Part shown: positions 1 through 11,181 of the stretch, one piece after another | Layout of the letters: each line of letters starts with the position of its first letter | How positions within the stretch are numbered: the first letter of the stretch is position 1 | Origin: an uncultured Candidatus Saccharibacteria bacterium | GTDB lineage: Bacteria > Patescibacteriota > Saccharimonadia > Saccharimonadales > Saccharimonadaceae | DNA length: 64,000 nt | Assembly (NCBI GenBank): GCA_964394555.1 | Contig: CAYMXW010000001.1 | Coordinates: forward strand, 16,692 to 80,691 | Direction of reading: 5' to 3' | The notes under the pieces: generated by a model | Databases searched by the model: none | What the model saw: only the letters and a program-made list of their open reading frames with translations | Told to the model about the DNA's origin: nothing | Translations under genes and position numbers: made by a program

Positions 1-390
1 GTGGTGTTTTTTCCAGAATTTGCTAGCACGACGAGGCTTGCCTTTGGACTGAATTTGTTGGCGGAGCTCGGTGGCGGGGTCGGTGGGCGCGGGCTCTTCT
101 TCTTCGATGCGACGTTTGGCTTTGAGTTTTTCGTTGGCGATATAATTGCGAGCGGCATTACGATAATAGTCGCCGTAATATTTTTGATAATAATTTTGCC
201 AAGCTGAGTGGTATTTTTGCCAATCTTCTTTGTTAATATGGTCTTTGATGGGTTTTTCAGATTTTTCGGCGGCATCAGAAGCATAATGGCTTTGTTTTTC
301 ATAAGCCTCGAGAACTTTTTTTCTGGTGATTTCGGCGGCGGTTTTACGTTGACGCTCAGTCGGAGAAAGCCCACCGTTACTATTATCCAT
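1..390 (-). CDS. N-terminal part of a protein running off the left edge; possibly a Saccharibacteria-type membrane-anchored sortase
   Basis: Missed by the ORF track because there is no stop in the window. Open frame from ATG at 390 (MDNSNGGLSPTERQRK...DWQKYHSAWQNYYQKYYGDYY...KFWKKHH), with TGGTATAAT 6 nt upstream. The sortase guess rests on recalled similarity of the YHSAWQNYYQKYY motif; no catalytic domain is visible here. Confidence 0.55.
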   Translation of the reverse strand, partial: MDNSNGGLSPTERQRKTAAEITRKKVLEAYEKQSHYASDAAEKSEKPIKDHINKEDWQKYHSAWQNYYQKYYGDYYRNAARNYIANEKLKAKRRIEEEEPAPTDPATELRQQIQSKGKPRRASKFWKKHH

Positions 391-407
391 AATTTTATTA
401 TACCATA

Positions 408-2608
<2,201 letters not shown>

Positions 2609-2639
2609 AAGATAAGTAGTGTTGTCTTTACTAAATCAA

Positions 2640-2726
2640 TGGTGGGCGAGAAGGGACTTGAACCCTTACGAACCGAAGTTCACAAGATTTTGAGTCTAGC
2701 GCGTCTACCAATTCCGCCACTCGCCC
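2640..2726 (-). tRNA. tRNA-Leu (CAA), long variable arm, encoded CCA
   Basis: Reverse complement GGGCGAGTGGCGGAATTGGTAGACGCGCTAGACTCAAAATCTTG...GGTTCAAGTCCCTTCTCGCCCACCA folds as a cloverleaf with anticodon loop CT-CAA-AA. Confidence 0.96.
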
Positions 2727-2789
2727 AGTAGGTATATTATACCACAGAATAGAGATATGCGCGGAGAAATATGCTATAATTAAAAGGTA

Positions 2790-5700
2790 ATGTTTAAATG
2801 TTTAAGGAAACATAAAGTTTTTGGTTTAGTGTCGGTAGTTTTTTTGGCGTCTGCCGTAGTTGTGTTTGGCGGTGAATTGGCAAGGACTATCGTGGGGGTA
2901 GTTGACCCGGCGGCTGAGAAGTCATGTTTTACTAAAGATATGGCATTTGCAGAAGATAGCCCGTTAACCAAAGAAGAACAGACGGTGTTTTCGCAAAATA
3001 ATATTGTGTTTTATGAGCCATGTACAGCAAGTAGTGATACTACGCTGAGTGGTGACATCAAAATATCTGGTACTACGGCAGAAGAAAAAGTGTGGTCAGG
3101 GTTAACAAGCTTTATGTCTAAAGAACAGGCGGCGGGGGTAATGGGCAATATGGTGGGTGAAAGTGGACTAGGGCCTACTCGACATCAAGGCTCTGGCAAT
3201 GGTTTTACTGGATCTATATGGGACAATGGCTCTGGCAAAGGTTTGGGCTTAATTCAATGGGATGGTGGTCGTAGACCGAAAATGGCTAATTATGTTAAAC
3301 AGCGAGATATGAGTTTAATAAATTATCTGGAAGATGGCTCAAATTACGGAGGTTTGTCAGGAGATCAGTTGATTGAAAAAGTTGGACATGAGATAGCGAA
3401 TAAGCTATACCAAGCAGAAATTGAGTTTTTAAAACAAGAACTTGATAAGAGCTATAAGGAGCTTTACGATCAGCAATCAGTGGACGATGCAACAAATTAT
3501 TTTGCTAAACATGTAGAACGCTGTGCTGACTGCGTAGATCCTGCAAAAATAAATGGCGACAACATGACGAATCGTCGCAAGAAGGCTAATGAGATATACA
3601 ATAGACAAAGCGGAAAGGGGTCTTATGTAAGTAATGGCGTAACGTCTTCGATATCTGGTGTGGCAAATAGTGATGTGACGTCGAGTGTACACGATAAGGC
3701 GTGGGAGTTGGCGGATCAGCCTGGGGGCGGTCAAGGCCCAACTGATGCTTATTTGAAAGCTCAACAAGAAGTAAAATGTCCTGATGACTGTGTGAATCAT
3801 GGTCAAAGCTGTGATCGTTATGTAGGGGTGACTTTGCGTGCTTCTGGCGTGGATTCAGAAGCGCCGCTAGAGGGACATGTTGGTAATTTTGAAGATCATA
3901 TTCTTGCGCATCCAGAAATTTATACTCCAGTGGAAGGTGATCCTTGGGATGAATCTACCTATCAGCCTGGTGATATACGAGTAAGATTAGATAAAAATAA
4001 AGGGCCAAATTATCGTGGGCACATTGAAATTTATGGTCAGCGCGAAGGCAAGGGCTATATATTGTCAGCGTCAAATGGTGACAGGTGGGCAGGTTATCAA
4101 ACTTTCTTTGCTGCAGACAAGAGCAAACATGACTATCACATTTACCGTACGCAGAGTACGCCGAAGTGTATTACTAACGATGGTGGGTGCGCGCAGAATA
4201 GTATGGACGTAGTGGGAACGGCGATATGCTTGGCGCATCCGCTAGGGACTAAAAATTCGGTGCGATCATTTGATGGTGGTGCACCGACGGATAATTTTAA
4301 GACAGCGATTGATGCTGTATTTCCTCTTGATAAAGGACGTAAAAAATGGAATGCTAGATCTAAGGCTGGCTCTTCATGTGATGTAGGAGCTGCTACGGTA
4401 GTTCGCTATTCGGGCGTAGATAAAAAATTTGGGCGTGGCCTTGACGAGCAACACAAGGTAAAGACCAACGATAAATGGGAATTAATAAAGCCAGCCAGCA
4501 GAAGTGATTTGCAGCCTGGCGATTTAGCATATTGGCAACACGGAAACAGTGGACATGTTTGGATTTATCTTGGCAAGATAGGTAAAAAGTTATATGGTGC
4601 GCACGCTCATTATAATGGTAGACAATATCTAGGCATCGAGGACAGCACGAATGAAGCAGTAGACTGGATTTTGCGACCGAAAAATGCTCAAAATACTACC
4701 CAAATTACTATGGAAATGTTAAAAAATGCTGGTAAAAATAGTGTGGTAAATGAGAGTAGTTCGTCCGGGAGTTCAAGTTCTGTTAAAATCGGTGACGCTC
4801 AGGGTAAAAAAGATATCAATGCGGCAGCAATTGAGTTGGCATGGCCAGCGGATGCGAGCAAATCATCGTCAAATTATCCTGGTGGCGATTGGAATGAAGC
4901 TGGTAAAAAAGCTGCAAGTGAATTTGTTAAGGAGACGGGTGCGCACCTATCTGATAGAGGCGCCGACTGTGGTGATTTTGCTAATGTAGTATTATGGTAT
5001 GCCGGTATAATTAAGGATAAAGAAGATATGGGTGGTCCAGCTAGCCTTTATAAATATATGAAGAAAGATACAGCAAATTGGGAAGAAGTCGAGATAAAGA
5101 GTAAATCAGATTTACAGCCTGGAGATATAGGCATAAGATTTAATTCACTAGACCTCTGTGCTCCATATAAGGGTGGTTGCCATCAGCATATTGCATTTTA
5201 TGTTGAGCAAAATGGTGAAGCTTATACTTCGCAAGCATCACATGGTGGTTTCTTTGGGCGTTTGAGTAAGGGAGTGAGTGATATATTTACCAAGGATCAT
5301 GTGATGAGATACAAAGGTGGCGCTTCTACTGACGATAATTGTGATCGGTGTGGAAATGGTGAAGGTGATGACGCAAATGGGACTGGGTTGAAGGAAGGTG
5401 GCATGACACTTGAGGAGGCTAGAGCTTGGATGGAGGCATATAAAAAAGAGGCATCCAAAAAGATACCCGGTGGTTTTCAGGCTGACCATGTTTTTCAGGG
5501 GGCCTTTATCAACTACACTACATCTAGAATTCATTGTAAGGATGGTGCGATGAATAATTGCGTAGGTTTTTCGCAATGGTTTTTAAATAGGTATACTAGT
5601 ATAAAGGGTGCTCCGAATTGGAAAAGTACAGCTCCCGGAAATGGAATGGTTAGCAGATTATCGGATTTTGGATTAAAAACTGGTAATGAACCACGGCCTT

Positions 5701-5951
5701 ATGCTATATTTAGCGAACACCCTGCTAATCATACTGGGGTGGTAATGGGCGTTAAGGGTGATAATGTAATAATTTGCGAAGCGGGATGTGGGCCTGGTTA
5801 TGTCAAGGGTTCTCCAGATACTGAGTGGCCTGGATGCAGATCGTGGTCTAAGGCAACTACTAAGTCTAAAGGTATGGACTATGCTTATACTGATAATATT
5901 TTGAAGGGGGTTGGTTCTGGTCAAGGTGGGGGTGGTGGAGATAGCTTTTAA
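2790..5951 (+). CDS. Large secreted/anchored multi-domain cell-wall hydrolase (phage-tail-lysozyme-like domain, three NlpC/P60-like Cys-His modules, C-terminal CHAP-like domain)
   Basis: N-terminal hydrophobic segment; AAGVMGNMVGES...GLGLIQW (lysozyme-like); three repeats of C...(SDL)QPGD...H; C-terminal NCVGFSQWF...NHTGVV...ICEAG. Confidence 0.75.
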   Translation: MFKCLRKHKVFGLVSVVFLASAVVVFGGELARTIVGVVDPAAEKSCFTKDMAFAEDSPLTKEEQTVFSQNNIVFYEPCTASSDTTLSGDIKISGTTAEEKVWSGLTSFMSKEQAAGVMGNMVGESGLGPTRHQGSGNGFTGSIWDNGSGKGLGLIQWDGGRRPKMANYVKQRDMSLINYLEDGSNYGGLSGDQLIEKVGHEIANKLYQAEIEFLKQELDKSYKELYDQQSVDDATNYFAKHVERCADCVDPAKINGDNMTNRRKKANEIYNRQSGKGSYVSNGVTSSISGVANSDVTSSVHDKAWELADQPGGGQGPTDAYLKAQQEVKCPDDCVNHGQSCDRYVGVTLRASGVDSEAPLEGHVGNFEDHILAHPEIYTPVEGDPWDESTYQPGDIRVRLDKNKGPNYRGHIEIYGQREGKGYILSASNGDRWAGYQTFFAADKSKHDYHIYRTQSTPKCITNDGGCAQNSMDVVGTAICLAHPLGTKNSVRSFDGGAPTDNFKTAIDAVFPLDKGRKKWNARSKAGSSCDVGAATVVRYSGVDKKFGRGLDEQHKVKTNDKWELIKPASRSDLQPGDLAYWQHGNSGHVWIYLGKIGKKLYGAHAHYNGRQYLGIEDSTNEAVDWILRPKNAQNTTQITMEMLKNAGKNSVVNESSSSGSSSSVKIGDAQGKKDINAAAIELAWPADASKSSSNYPGGDWNEAGKKAASEFVKETGAHLSDRGADCGDFANVVLWYAGIIKDKEDMGGPASLYKYMKKDTANWEEVEIKSKSDLQPGDIGIRFNSLDLCAPYKGGCHQHIAFYVEQNGEAYTSQASHGGFFGRLSKGVSDIFTKDHVMRYKGGASTDDNCDRCGNGEGDDANGTGLKEGGMTLEEARAWMEAYKKEASKKIPGGFQADHVFQGAFINYTTSRIHCKDGAMNNCVGFSQWFLNRYTSIKGAPNWKSTAPGNGMVSRLSDFGLKTGNEPRPYAIFSEHPANHTGVVMGVKGDNVIICEAGCGPGYVKGSPDTEWPGCRSWSKATTKSKGMDYAYTDNILKGVGSGQGGGGGDSF

Positions 5952-5959
5952 AAAGCTAT
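5941..5959. terminator. Short palindrome spanning both stop codons of the convergent hydrolase/metK pair
   Basis: ATAGCTTTT-A-AAAAGCTAT. The stem is weak and AT-rich, so function is uncertain. Confidence 0.3.
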
Positions 5960-6921
5960 TTATCCCAGTCAAACCCTTCGCCAAAGTGGCCGTAGCGGGC
6001 GGTGGCTTCGTAGATGGGGCGAAGCAAGTCTAAGTATTTAGTAATTCCCTGCGGGGTGAGGTCGTAGCCCGTGATAACCTCGGGCTTGCCATCGACAATT
6101 ACAGTCTGTTCTAGTGGTTCAGCGACGCCGATAGCATAGGCGAGACGGACATAGACTTCGTGAGCTTGACGTTTTTTGAGATAGTCAACGGCGATGCGGC
6201 GTGCCATGTAGGCGGCGGAGCGGTCGACTTTGCTAGGATCTTTGCCGGAAAAAGCACCACCACCGATGGGAATGCGGGGGCCGTAGTTATCAACGATGAG
6301 TTTGCGGCCGGTAAGACCAGTATCGGCAGCAAAACCACCTTGTTGCCAGTCACCAGCAGGGTTGAGATGCATGATGGGTTTTTCGGTGATATGGTTTAGT
6401 GCGAAGAATTCTTCAACGCGGGCTTTTAAGTCTTTTTGGCTGACGTTTTGAAAGCTGGCAACGATAGAGTCGACCTTGCCATCTTTTAGCGTGAACTGAG
6501 TTTTGCCATCGTAAGGGTATTTTTCGTAGATAAACTGGTTAAGACGGCGAGCGAGTACGACTTCGCGTGGCAGCATCTCGGGAGTTTCATCGGTAGCGTA
6601 GCCAATCATAATTCCCTGGTCGCCGGCGCCGCCAGTATCGACGCCTTGGGCAATTTCGGGTGATTGCTTGACAAGATTGATGAAAATTTTGTAGTTTTCG
6701 CCGGTAATGCGGTCGACGATGGCGCGGATTTCGTTATCAGAAACTTGAGCCTTGGAAGTGACTTCGCCGGTGATGAAAACTTGGCCGTGACCGCCACAAA
6801 CTTCTACGGCAACGCGAGAATTAGGATCTTGTTCAAAATGGGCGTCCAAAATAGCATCGCTAATTTGGTCGCATAGTTTATCTGGGTGTTTGGGTGAAAC
6901 GCTTTCGGCGGTCTTGTACAT
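5956..6921 (-). CDS. metK: S-adenosylmethionine synthetase (compact form)
   Basis: ESV..HPDKLCDQISDAILD, GAGDQG, TGRKLIVDNYG, GGGAFSGKDPSKVDRS and YGHFG. Confidence 0.96.
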   Translation of the reverse strand: MYKTAESVSPKHPDKLCDQISDAILDAHFEQDPNSRVAVEVCGGHGQVFITGEVTSKAQVSDNEIRAIVDRITGENYKIFINLVKQSPEIAQGVDTGGAGDQGIMIGYATDETPEMLPREVVLARRLNQFIYEKYPYDGKTQFTLKDGKVDSIVASFQNVSQKDLKARVEEFFALNHITEKPIMHLNPAGDWQQGGFAADTGLTGRKLIVDNYGPRIPIGGGAFSGKDPSKVDRSAAYMARRIAVDYLKKRQAHEVYVRLAYAIGVAEPLEQTVIVDGKPEVITGYDLTPQGITKYLDLLRPIYEATARYGHFGEGFDWDK

Positions 6922-6975
6922 ATAACTCCTTTTATTACTGTTATATTATAACCTGAAATGTGGTAAAATAAAAGT

Positions 6976-8214
6976 ATGAAAATTGCGGTTTTTACCGACG
7001 CTTACCTAGAAGTAGCAAGCGGTATCGCTTCATCGATTAGAGCACAAAAACAGGATTTGGAACGCTTGGGGCACGAAGTGGTATTGTTTTGCCCGGGCTT
7101 GAAGGGTTCGCTAGCGAAGTTGCCTGCTAAGGAGCGTAAAAACGTGGTTGTGGTGCCAACTTGTAAAGTGTGGCATTTTGGTGGTGTGCCGATGGCGCGT
7201 AACCCCGAGTGCGTAAAAAATTTTGTGATCCGGAAGTTTCCAAATTTTGCTAGTTTCGATATAGTACATGTGCATTATGAGGCGGGTTGTAGTTTGGCGG
7301 GCATATTGTTGGCAAAGCAGTTTGATAGACCGTTGGTGCAGACGATGCACGGGCGAGAGGACTCGGCGATTGCGGTGAATGTGCCACATCCGTTTAAGGC
7401 TTTGGCAGCGATAGTGTTGAATAAAGCGCATGCGGATTATATACCACATACGATAAAGATACATAAAGATAATTATTTAGCAACCAGTTTTACGAGGGCT
7501 AAGATGTGGGAATTGATGGTAAATCATGCCAACGTAGCGGATGTCGTGGTGACGCCCTCGAAGCATTTTGCGCGCAAGTTGAAACATTATGGGGTTAGTA
7601 AACCAATTCGGCCACTGTCAAACGGAGTGGCAGATGATTTGCTGGTGAGCGAGGCCAAAGTGCGCGAATTGCGTGAAGGTGAGCCGTTGAAAATTATTTG
7701 GCATAGTCGAATTTCGCGAGAAAAACGGTTTCGGGGGTTTTTGTTGGCGTTGAAAGATTTAGATGTGCCGTATGAGTTGTATGCTTATGGTAATGGCAAT
7801 GATTTTTTGGTGGCGCAAGCGATGATTCTAAGCTGGGGGCTAAATGCGAAATTGTATGGTTCAATGGGACGCAAGGAGATTTTTGCTAAAATGAGTGAGT
7901 GTCATATCAGTGCGCTGACGTCGTATAATTTTGATACGCAGTCGATGACGTTGTTAGAAGCAGAGGCGACGGGGTGCCCGGTGTTTTTCTGCGATCCAGA
8001 TATGAAGGAGGTGGTGCCGAGTGGTAGCTATGTGTGCGCTAAAGAGCCGTCGGTTAAGGCAATAGCAGAGGCGCTAAGTGATTTGGCGAAGCATCCAGAA
8101 CGGGTAGCGAAGATGAGCGAAATAATGTTGAAGCACCGCAAAGAAATCTTACAATCCGCTAAAATCAATGAATTGTTAGAAATTTATAAAGAAGTTATAT
8201 ATACCTGCCGCTGA
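6976..8214 (+). CDS. GT4 glycosyltransferase, similar to diacylglycerol glucosyltransferases
   Basis: MKIAVFTDAY...SGI N-terminus, SRISREK, and a D-x7-E variant (DTQSMTLLE) of the GT4 E-x7-E motif. Confidence 0.85.
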   Translation: MKIAVFTDAYLEVASGIASSIRAQKQDLERLGHEVVLFCPGLKGSLAKLPAKERKNVVVVPTCKVWHFGGVPMARNPECVKNFVIRKFPNFASFDIVHVHYEAGCSLAGILLAKQFDRPLVQTMHGREDSAIAVNVPHPFKALAAIVLNKAHADYIPHTIKIHKDNYLATSFTRAKMWELMVNHANVADVVVTPSKHFARKLKHYGVSKPIRPLSNGVADDLLVSEAKVRELREGEPLKIIWHSRISREKRFRGFLLALKDLDVPYELYAYGNGNDFLVAQAMILSWGLNAKLYGSMGRKEIFAKMSECHISALTSYNFDTQSMTLLEAEATGCPVFFCDPDMKEVVPSGSYVCAKEPSVKAIAEALSDLAKHPERVAKMSEIMLKHRKEILQSAKINELLEIYKEVIYTCR

Positions 8215-8988
8215 GCTTTCTAAGATTTTACCAGGATTGTAGAGATTCAATGTCGCGATGTTAGCAGCTAGTTGGCCGTTCCAGAGGGAGATGGGAGAGT
8301 AGCTAGTGTTTTTGATCGGGGTAGTGATGACTTGACCGTCATAAGCGGTGATGATTTGGCCGGCGTGAAAGGTAGTGATACAGCATGGGTAGCTGAGGGT
8401 AAATTTGTGAAGGGCTTCGATAACCGGGAGAATTGGTTGCGAAAGTAGCAGCATCTTGGGAAAATAGACAGCGCGAAAGAGTTTTTGGAGTTGTACTAGT
8501 GAGGCTATGAGGTTGATGTTTTCCTGTTCAATCCAATCAGTGGCGTCTGGTGCGACGAGATCGACGGTATCGCGAGTGAGATAGAGTGAAGTAGTGGTGT
8601 TTTTAATAAGTTCGGTGAGCGCGGTGGTGGTTTCAGAATTCTTAGAAAAGTCACCAAGCAAGATAGCGGCATCGGTGTTTTCAAGCGCGCTCTGGTTATG
8701 AAAATTAGTAAAACGAGCTGACTTAGCAAACGAGCCACTAGTGGTGGAAGGCATGAAATGGATATTTTCGAGGGGCGGGAGTTTTCTTTCGAGGCTATCA
8801 GGGAGGATAATTTCGACAGATTTAAGGGGAAATTGGTTAGCGAGATAGCTAGCGATGCGCTCAATAGTGCGGAAATTTTGGCTACTGCCGCCGATGAGCG
8901 CAATAATTCCCTGTTTTTGCTCAGGGATATTCCAAGTGAGGTTTTCAAAAAGTGGTTGGTCTTGTTTTTGCCAATAATCGGGTTTCAT
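8176..8988 (-). CDS. Degenerate YjeF-C / NAD(P)HX-dehydratase-like protein
   Basis: IIALIGGS segment and the overall ribokinase-like layout are present, but the GPG and GxGD motifs are not. ATG at 8988 overlaps the xth stop (ATGA). Confidence 0.5.
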   Translation of the reverse strand: MKPDYWQKQDQPLFENLTWNIPEQKQGIIALIGGSSQNFRTIERIASYLANQFPLKSVEIILPDSLERKLPPLENIHFMPSTTSGSFAKSARFTNFHNQSALENTDAAILLGDFSKNSETTTALTELIKNTTTSLYLTRDTVDLVAPDATDWIEQENINLIASLVQLQKLFRAVYFPKMLLLSQPILPVIEALHKFTLSYPCCITTFHAGQIITAYDGQVITTPIKNTSYSPISLWNGQLAANIATLNLYNPGKILESSAAGIYNFFINF

Positions 8989-9785
8989 AATGGTAGGTCC
9001 AGCGTGATTGAAACCGGACAATGGTCGGAGCCGGCGATGTGTTCGTGAATTTCGGCGTTTTTAAGATAAGGCAAAAGTTTTGGTGAAATAAAGAAATAGT
9101 CAATGCGCCAACCAACGTTGTTGGCGCGGGCGTTACCCCAGTGAGACCACCAAGTATAGCGCTGAATCCCGGGGTAAAAATAACGAAAAGTATCGACAAA
9201 ACCGGCTGAGAGGAGGTTTTTAATTCCCTGGCGCTCTTCTTCGGTGAAGCCGGCATTTTTAGTATTAGCATCAGGGCGGGCGAGGTCGAGCGGGGTGTGA
9301 GCGGCGTTGAAGTCGCCGCAAGCGATGACCGGCTTAGTCTGTTCTAGGTGGCGTAGTAGATTTAAAAATTGCGGGTCCCAAAAATTTTCGCGGAGTTTGA
9401 GGCGCGAAAGGTCGCGCTTAGAATTAGGAGTGTAGACATTAACGAGGTAAAAATACGGAAATTCGGTGACTAGGATACGGCCTTCGGTGTCGGTGAGTTC
9501 GGCGTTCTTCTCGGCGCTTTCGCTAGGTTTACAGAGGTGCTGGGTGGCGCCGCCAAGACAATTTACGTTGTTGGCAACAAAAGTAGCGGTGCCCGAATAG
9601 CCGGCGCGGTCGGCAGGATTCCAATATTCGACAAATTCGGGAAAATCGACTTCGACTTGGTCTTTTTTGGCTTTGATTTCTTGAAGGCAGACGATATCGG
9701 GTTTTTCGGTGGCGAGAAAGTCTTGTAAGGCGTTTTTGCGGAGGACCGCTCTGAGGCCATTGACATTCCAAGAGTATATTTTCAT
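8985..9785 (-). CDS. xth: Exodeoxyribonuclease III / AP endonuclease
   Basis: SWNVNGLR, CLQEIK, EGR, NVYTPN, CGDFN, YTWW, GWRIDYF and SDHCP. Confidence 0.96.
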   Translation of the reverse strand: MKIYSWNVNGLRAVLRKNALQDFLATEKPDIVCLQEIKAKKDQVEVDFPEFVEYWNPADRAGYSGTATFVANNVNCLGGATQHLCKPSESAEKNAELTDTEGRILVTEFPYFYLVNVYTPNSKRDLSRLKLRENFWDPQFLNLLRHLEQTKPVIACGDFNAAHTPLDLARPDANTKNAGFTEEERQGIKNLLSAGFVDTFRYFYPGIQRYTWWSHWGNARANNVGWRIDYFFISPKLLPYLKNAEIHEHIAGSDHCPVSITLDLPL

Positions 9786-10198
9786 TAGTATCTTCCCCTT
9801 TCTAGGTCGCGACGCTTAATAGTTTCGCGTTTATCATATTTTTTCTTTGATTTACCAGTAGCAATGACGAGCTTAATATAACGACCGCCGGCGAGCAGGC
9901 GTACTGGGACTAACTGAAAGCCGTCTTGACGGGCGCGCTCTAAGCTAGTAATTTGCTTTTTAGTAGCGAGCAGTTTGATGTTTTTGGCGGTGTCGGCCCC
10001 GAGAGTGAGGTTGTTTAGCCAGAGTTCGTGATCTTTGATAGTAACAAATGAGCCTTTGAGTTGGACATGATGGTCGCGAATTAGGCGGACTTCGTCGCCA
10101 GTTAGGCTCAGCCCACAAGAAAGTTCGTCGCCGAGATGATAATCGTAATGCGCACGGCGATTAACGGTGATAGAGGCTGGTGTTTTGGGCTTACTCAT
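9785..10198 (-). CDS. smpB: SsrA-binding protein
   Basis: NRRAHYDY, GLSLTGDEV, LKGSF, KLL, GKSKKKYDKRETIK. Start moved to 10198 because TGCTATAAT lies 6 nt upstream. Confidence 0.92.
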   Translation of the reverse strand: MSKPKTPASITVNRRAHYDYHLGDELSCGLSLTGDEVRLIRDHHVQLKGSFVTIKDHELWLNNLTLGADTAKNIKLLATKKQITSLERARQDGFQLVPVRLLAGGRYIKLVIATGKSKKKYDKRETIKRRDLERGRY

Positions 10199-10215
10199 GC
10201 TATTATTATAGCATG
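10196..10215. promoter_or_regulatory. Overlapping divergent extended -10 promoters for smpB and the glutaredoxin gene
   Basis: CATGCTATTATTATAGCATG: TGCTATAAT-N6-ATG on the minus strand and TGCTATTAT-N6-ATG on the plus strand. Confidence 0.7.
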
Positions 10216-10419
10216 ATAAAAGTATATACAACGAGCACTTGTGCGTATTGTCACGCTTTGATGGCTTGGCTAGACGAGCAAGGTATAAAATATAAAGAAG
10301 TGAGCGCTGAAGAAGACCCTTCAATTAATGTGGTGCCGGTGACCGAGATTAACGGTGAGCGCATTGTAGGGTTTGACCGTCCGGCGATTAAAAAAGCGTT
10401 AAAATCGCTCGAAAAATAA
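10213..10419 (+). CDS. Glutaredoxin / NrdH-like redoxin
   Basis: MIKVYTTSTCAYC (CxxC), VVPVTEING..IVGFD. Confidence 0.88.
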   Translation: MIKVYTTSTCAYCHALMAWLDEQGIKYKEVSAEEDPSINVVPVTEINGERIVGFDRPAIKKALKSLEK

Positions 10420-10431
10420 GTTGGAGCGCGC

Positions 10432-11181
10432 ATGAAAATGCCGAAAAAACAGAGGCCGACGCTGCTTTTGCTTCACGGTTTTAGGGGGACTAATGAGGGA
10501 TTAGAAGATGTGGCGGATGCTTTAATAAAGCGGGGGTTTAAAGTTGATGTGCCGGATTTGCCGCCGTTTGGTAAGGCGGGGGCGATGAAGGAATATACGC
10601 CTCAAGCTTATGCGCATTATGTGAAAGATTATATAGTAAGTCAAGGGTTGAAAAAACCGGTGTTGGTGGGGCATTCGATGGGGTCGATAGTGGCAGCGGC
10701 GACAGCTTTGGAATACCCCGAAGTGATGGCGGATAAGTTGGTACTGCTGGCGCCGATATCAGATAAACCACATGGGGTGTTTGCTGGATTGGCGCCCTTG
10801 ATTGCGATAGCGCCGAGTGATTTGGTGACACTAGTTTGTACGCTATATTTGAAACGGACTAATGATTGGGGCGAATTTTGGGAGATGCTGGCGGTGTCGT
10901 GCCTTAGTGGGCGTAAATTTACTAGCCGGACTGATGTACTGAAGGCGGCGAAGTTTTCGATGCGGTATAGGGTAGGCGATTTTAAGTTTAGGCAAGAAAC
11001 CTTGCTGTTAGCTGGCGACAAAGATCGTTTAATTAAAAAAGTAAAAACTGAAAAGCTTGCGGCGGAGTTGAAAAAGCAAGGCGTTAAATGCAAAACCGAA
11101 TTCTTGCCAAACGAAGGACATCTACTAAACTACGAGGCACCAGAGTTAGTGGCGGAGAAAATCGCCGAGTTTATTTCTTAG
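10432..11181 (+). CDS. Alpha/beta hydrolase
   Basis: LLHGFRG, DLPPFG, GHSMG nucleophile elbow, GDKD and EGH. Confidence 0.88.
   Translation: MKMPKKQRPTLLLLHGFRGTNEGLEDVADALIKRGFKVDVPDLPPFGKAGAMKEYTPQAYAHYVKDYIVSQGLKKPVLVGHSMGSIVAAATALEYPEVMADKLVLLAPISDKPHGVFAGLAPLIAIAPSDLVTLVCTLYLKRTNDWGEFWEMLAVSCLSGRKFTSRTDVLKAAKFSMRYRVGDFKFRQETLLLAGDKDRLIKKVKTEKLAAELKKQGVKCKTEFLPNEGHLLNYEAPELVAEKIAEFIS

Noticed and set aside
2609-2639. preQ1 riboswitch upstream of queA-tgt
   Set aside because: Only 31 nt separate the tRNA-Leu 3' end from the queA start, and no matching stem or A-rich pseudoknot tail is visible.
2640-5951. Prophage or island integrated at tRNA-Leu
   Set aside because: The hydrolase lies at the tRNA 5' side. 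There is no integrase, no duplicated tRNA end and no other phage gene.
9785-10324. tmRNA next to smpB, and the longer smpB start at 10324
   Set aside because: No tRNA-Ala-like ends are visible nearby. The longer start would overlap the glutaredoxin gene and ignore the -10 box at 10205-10213.
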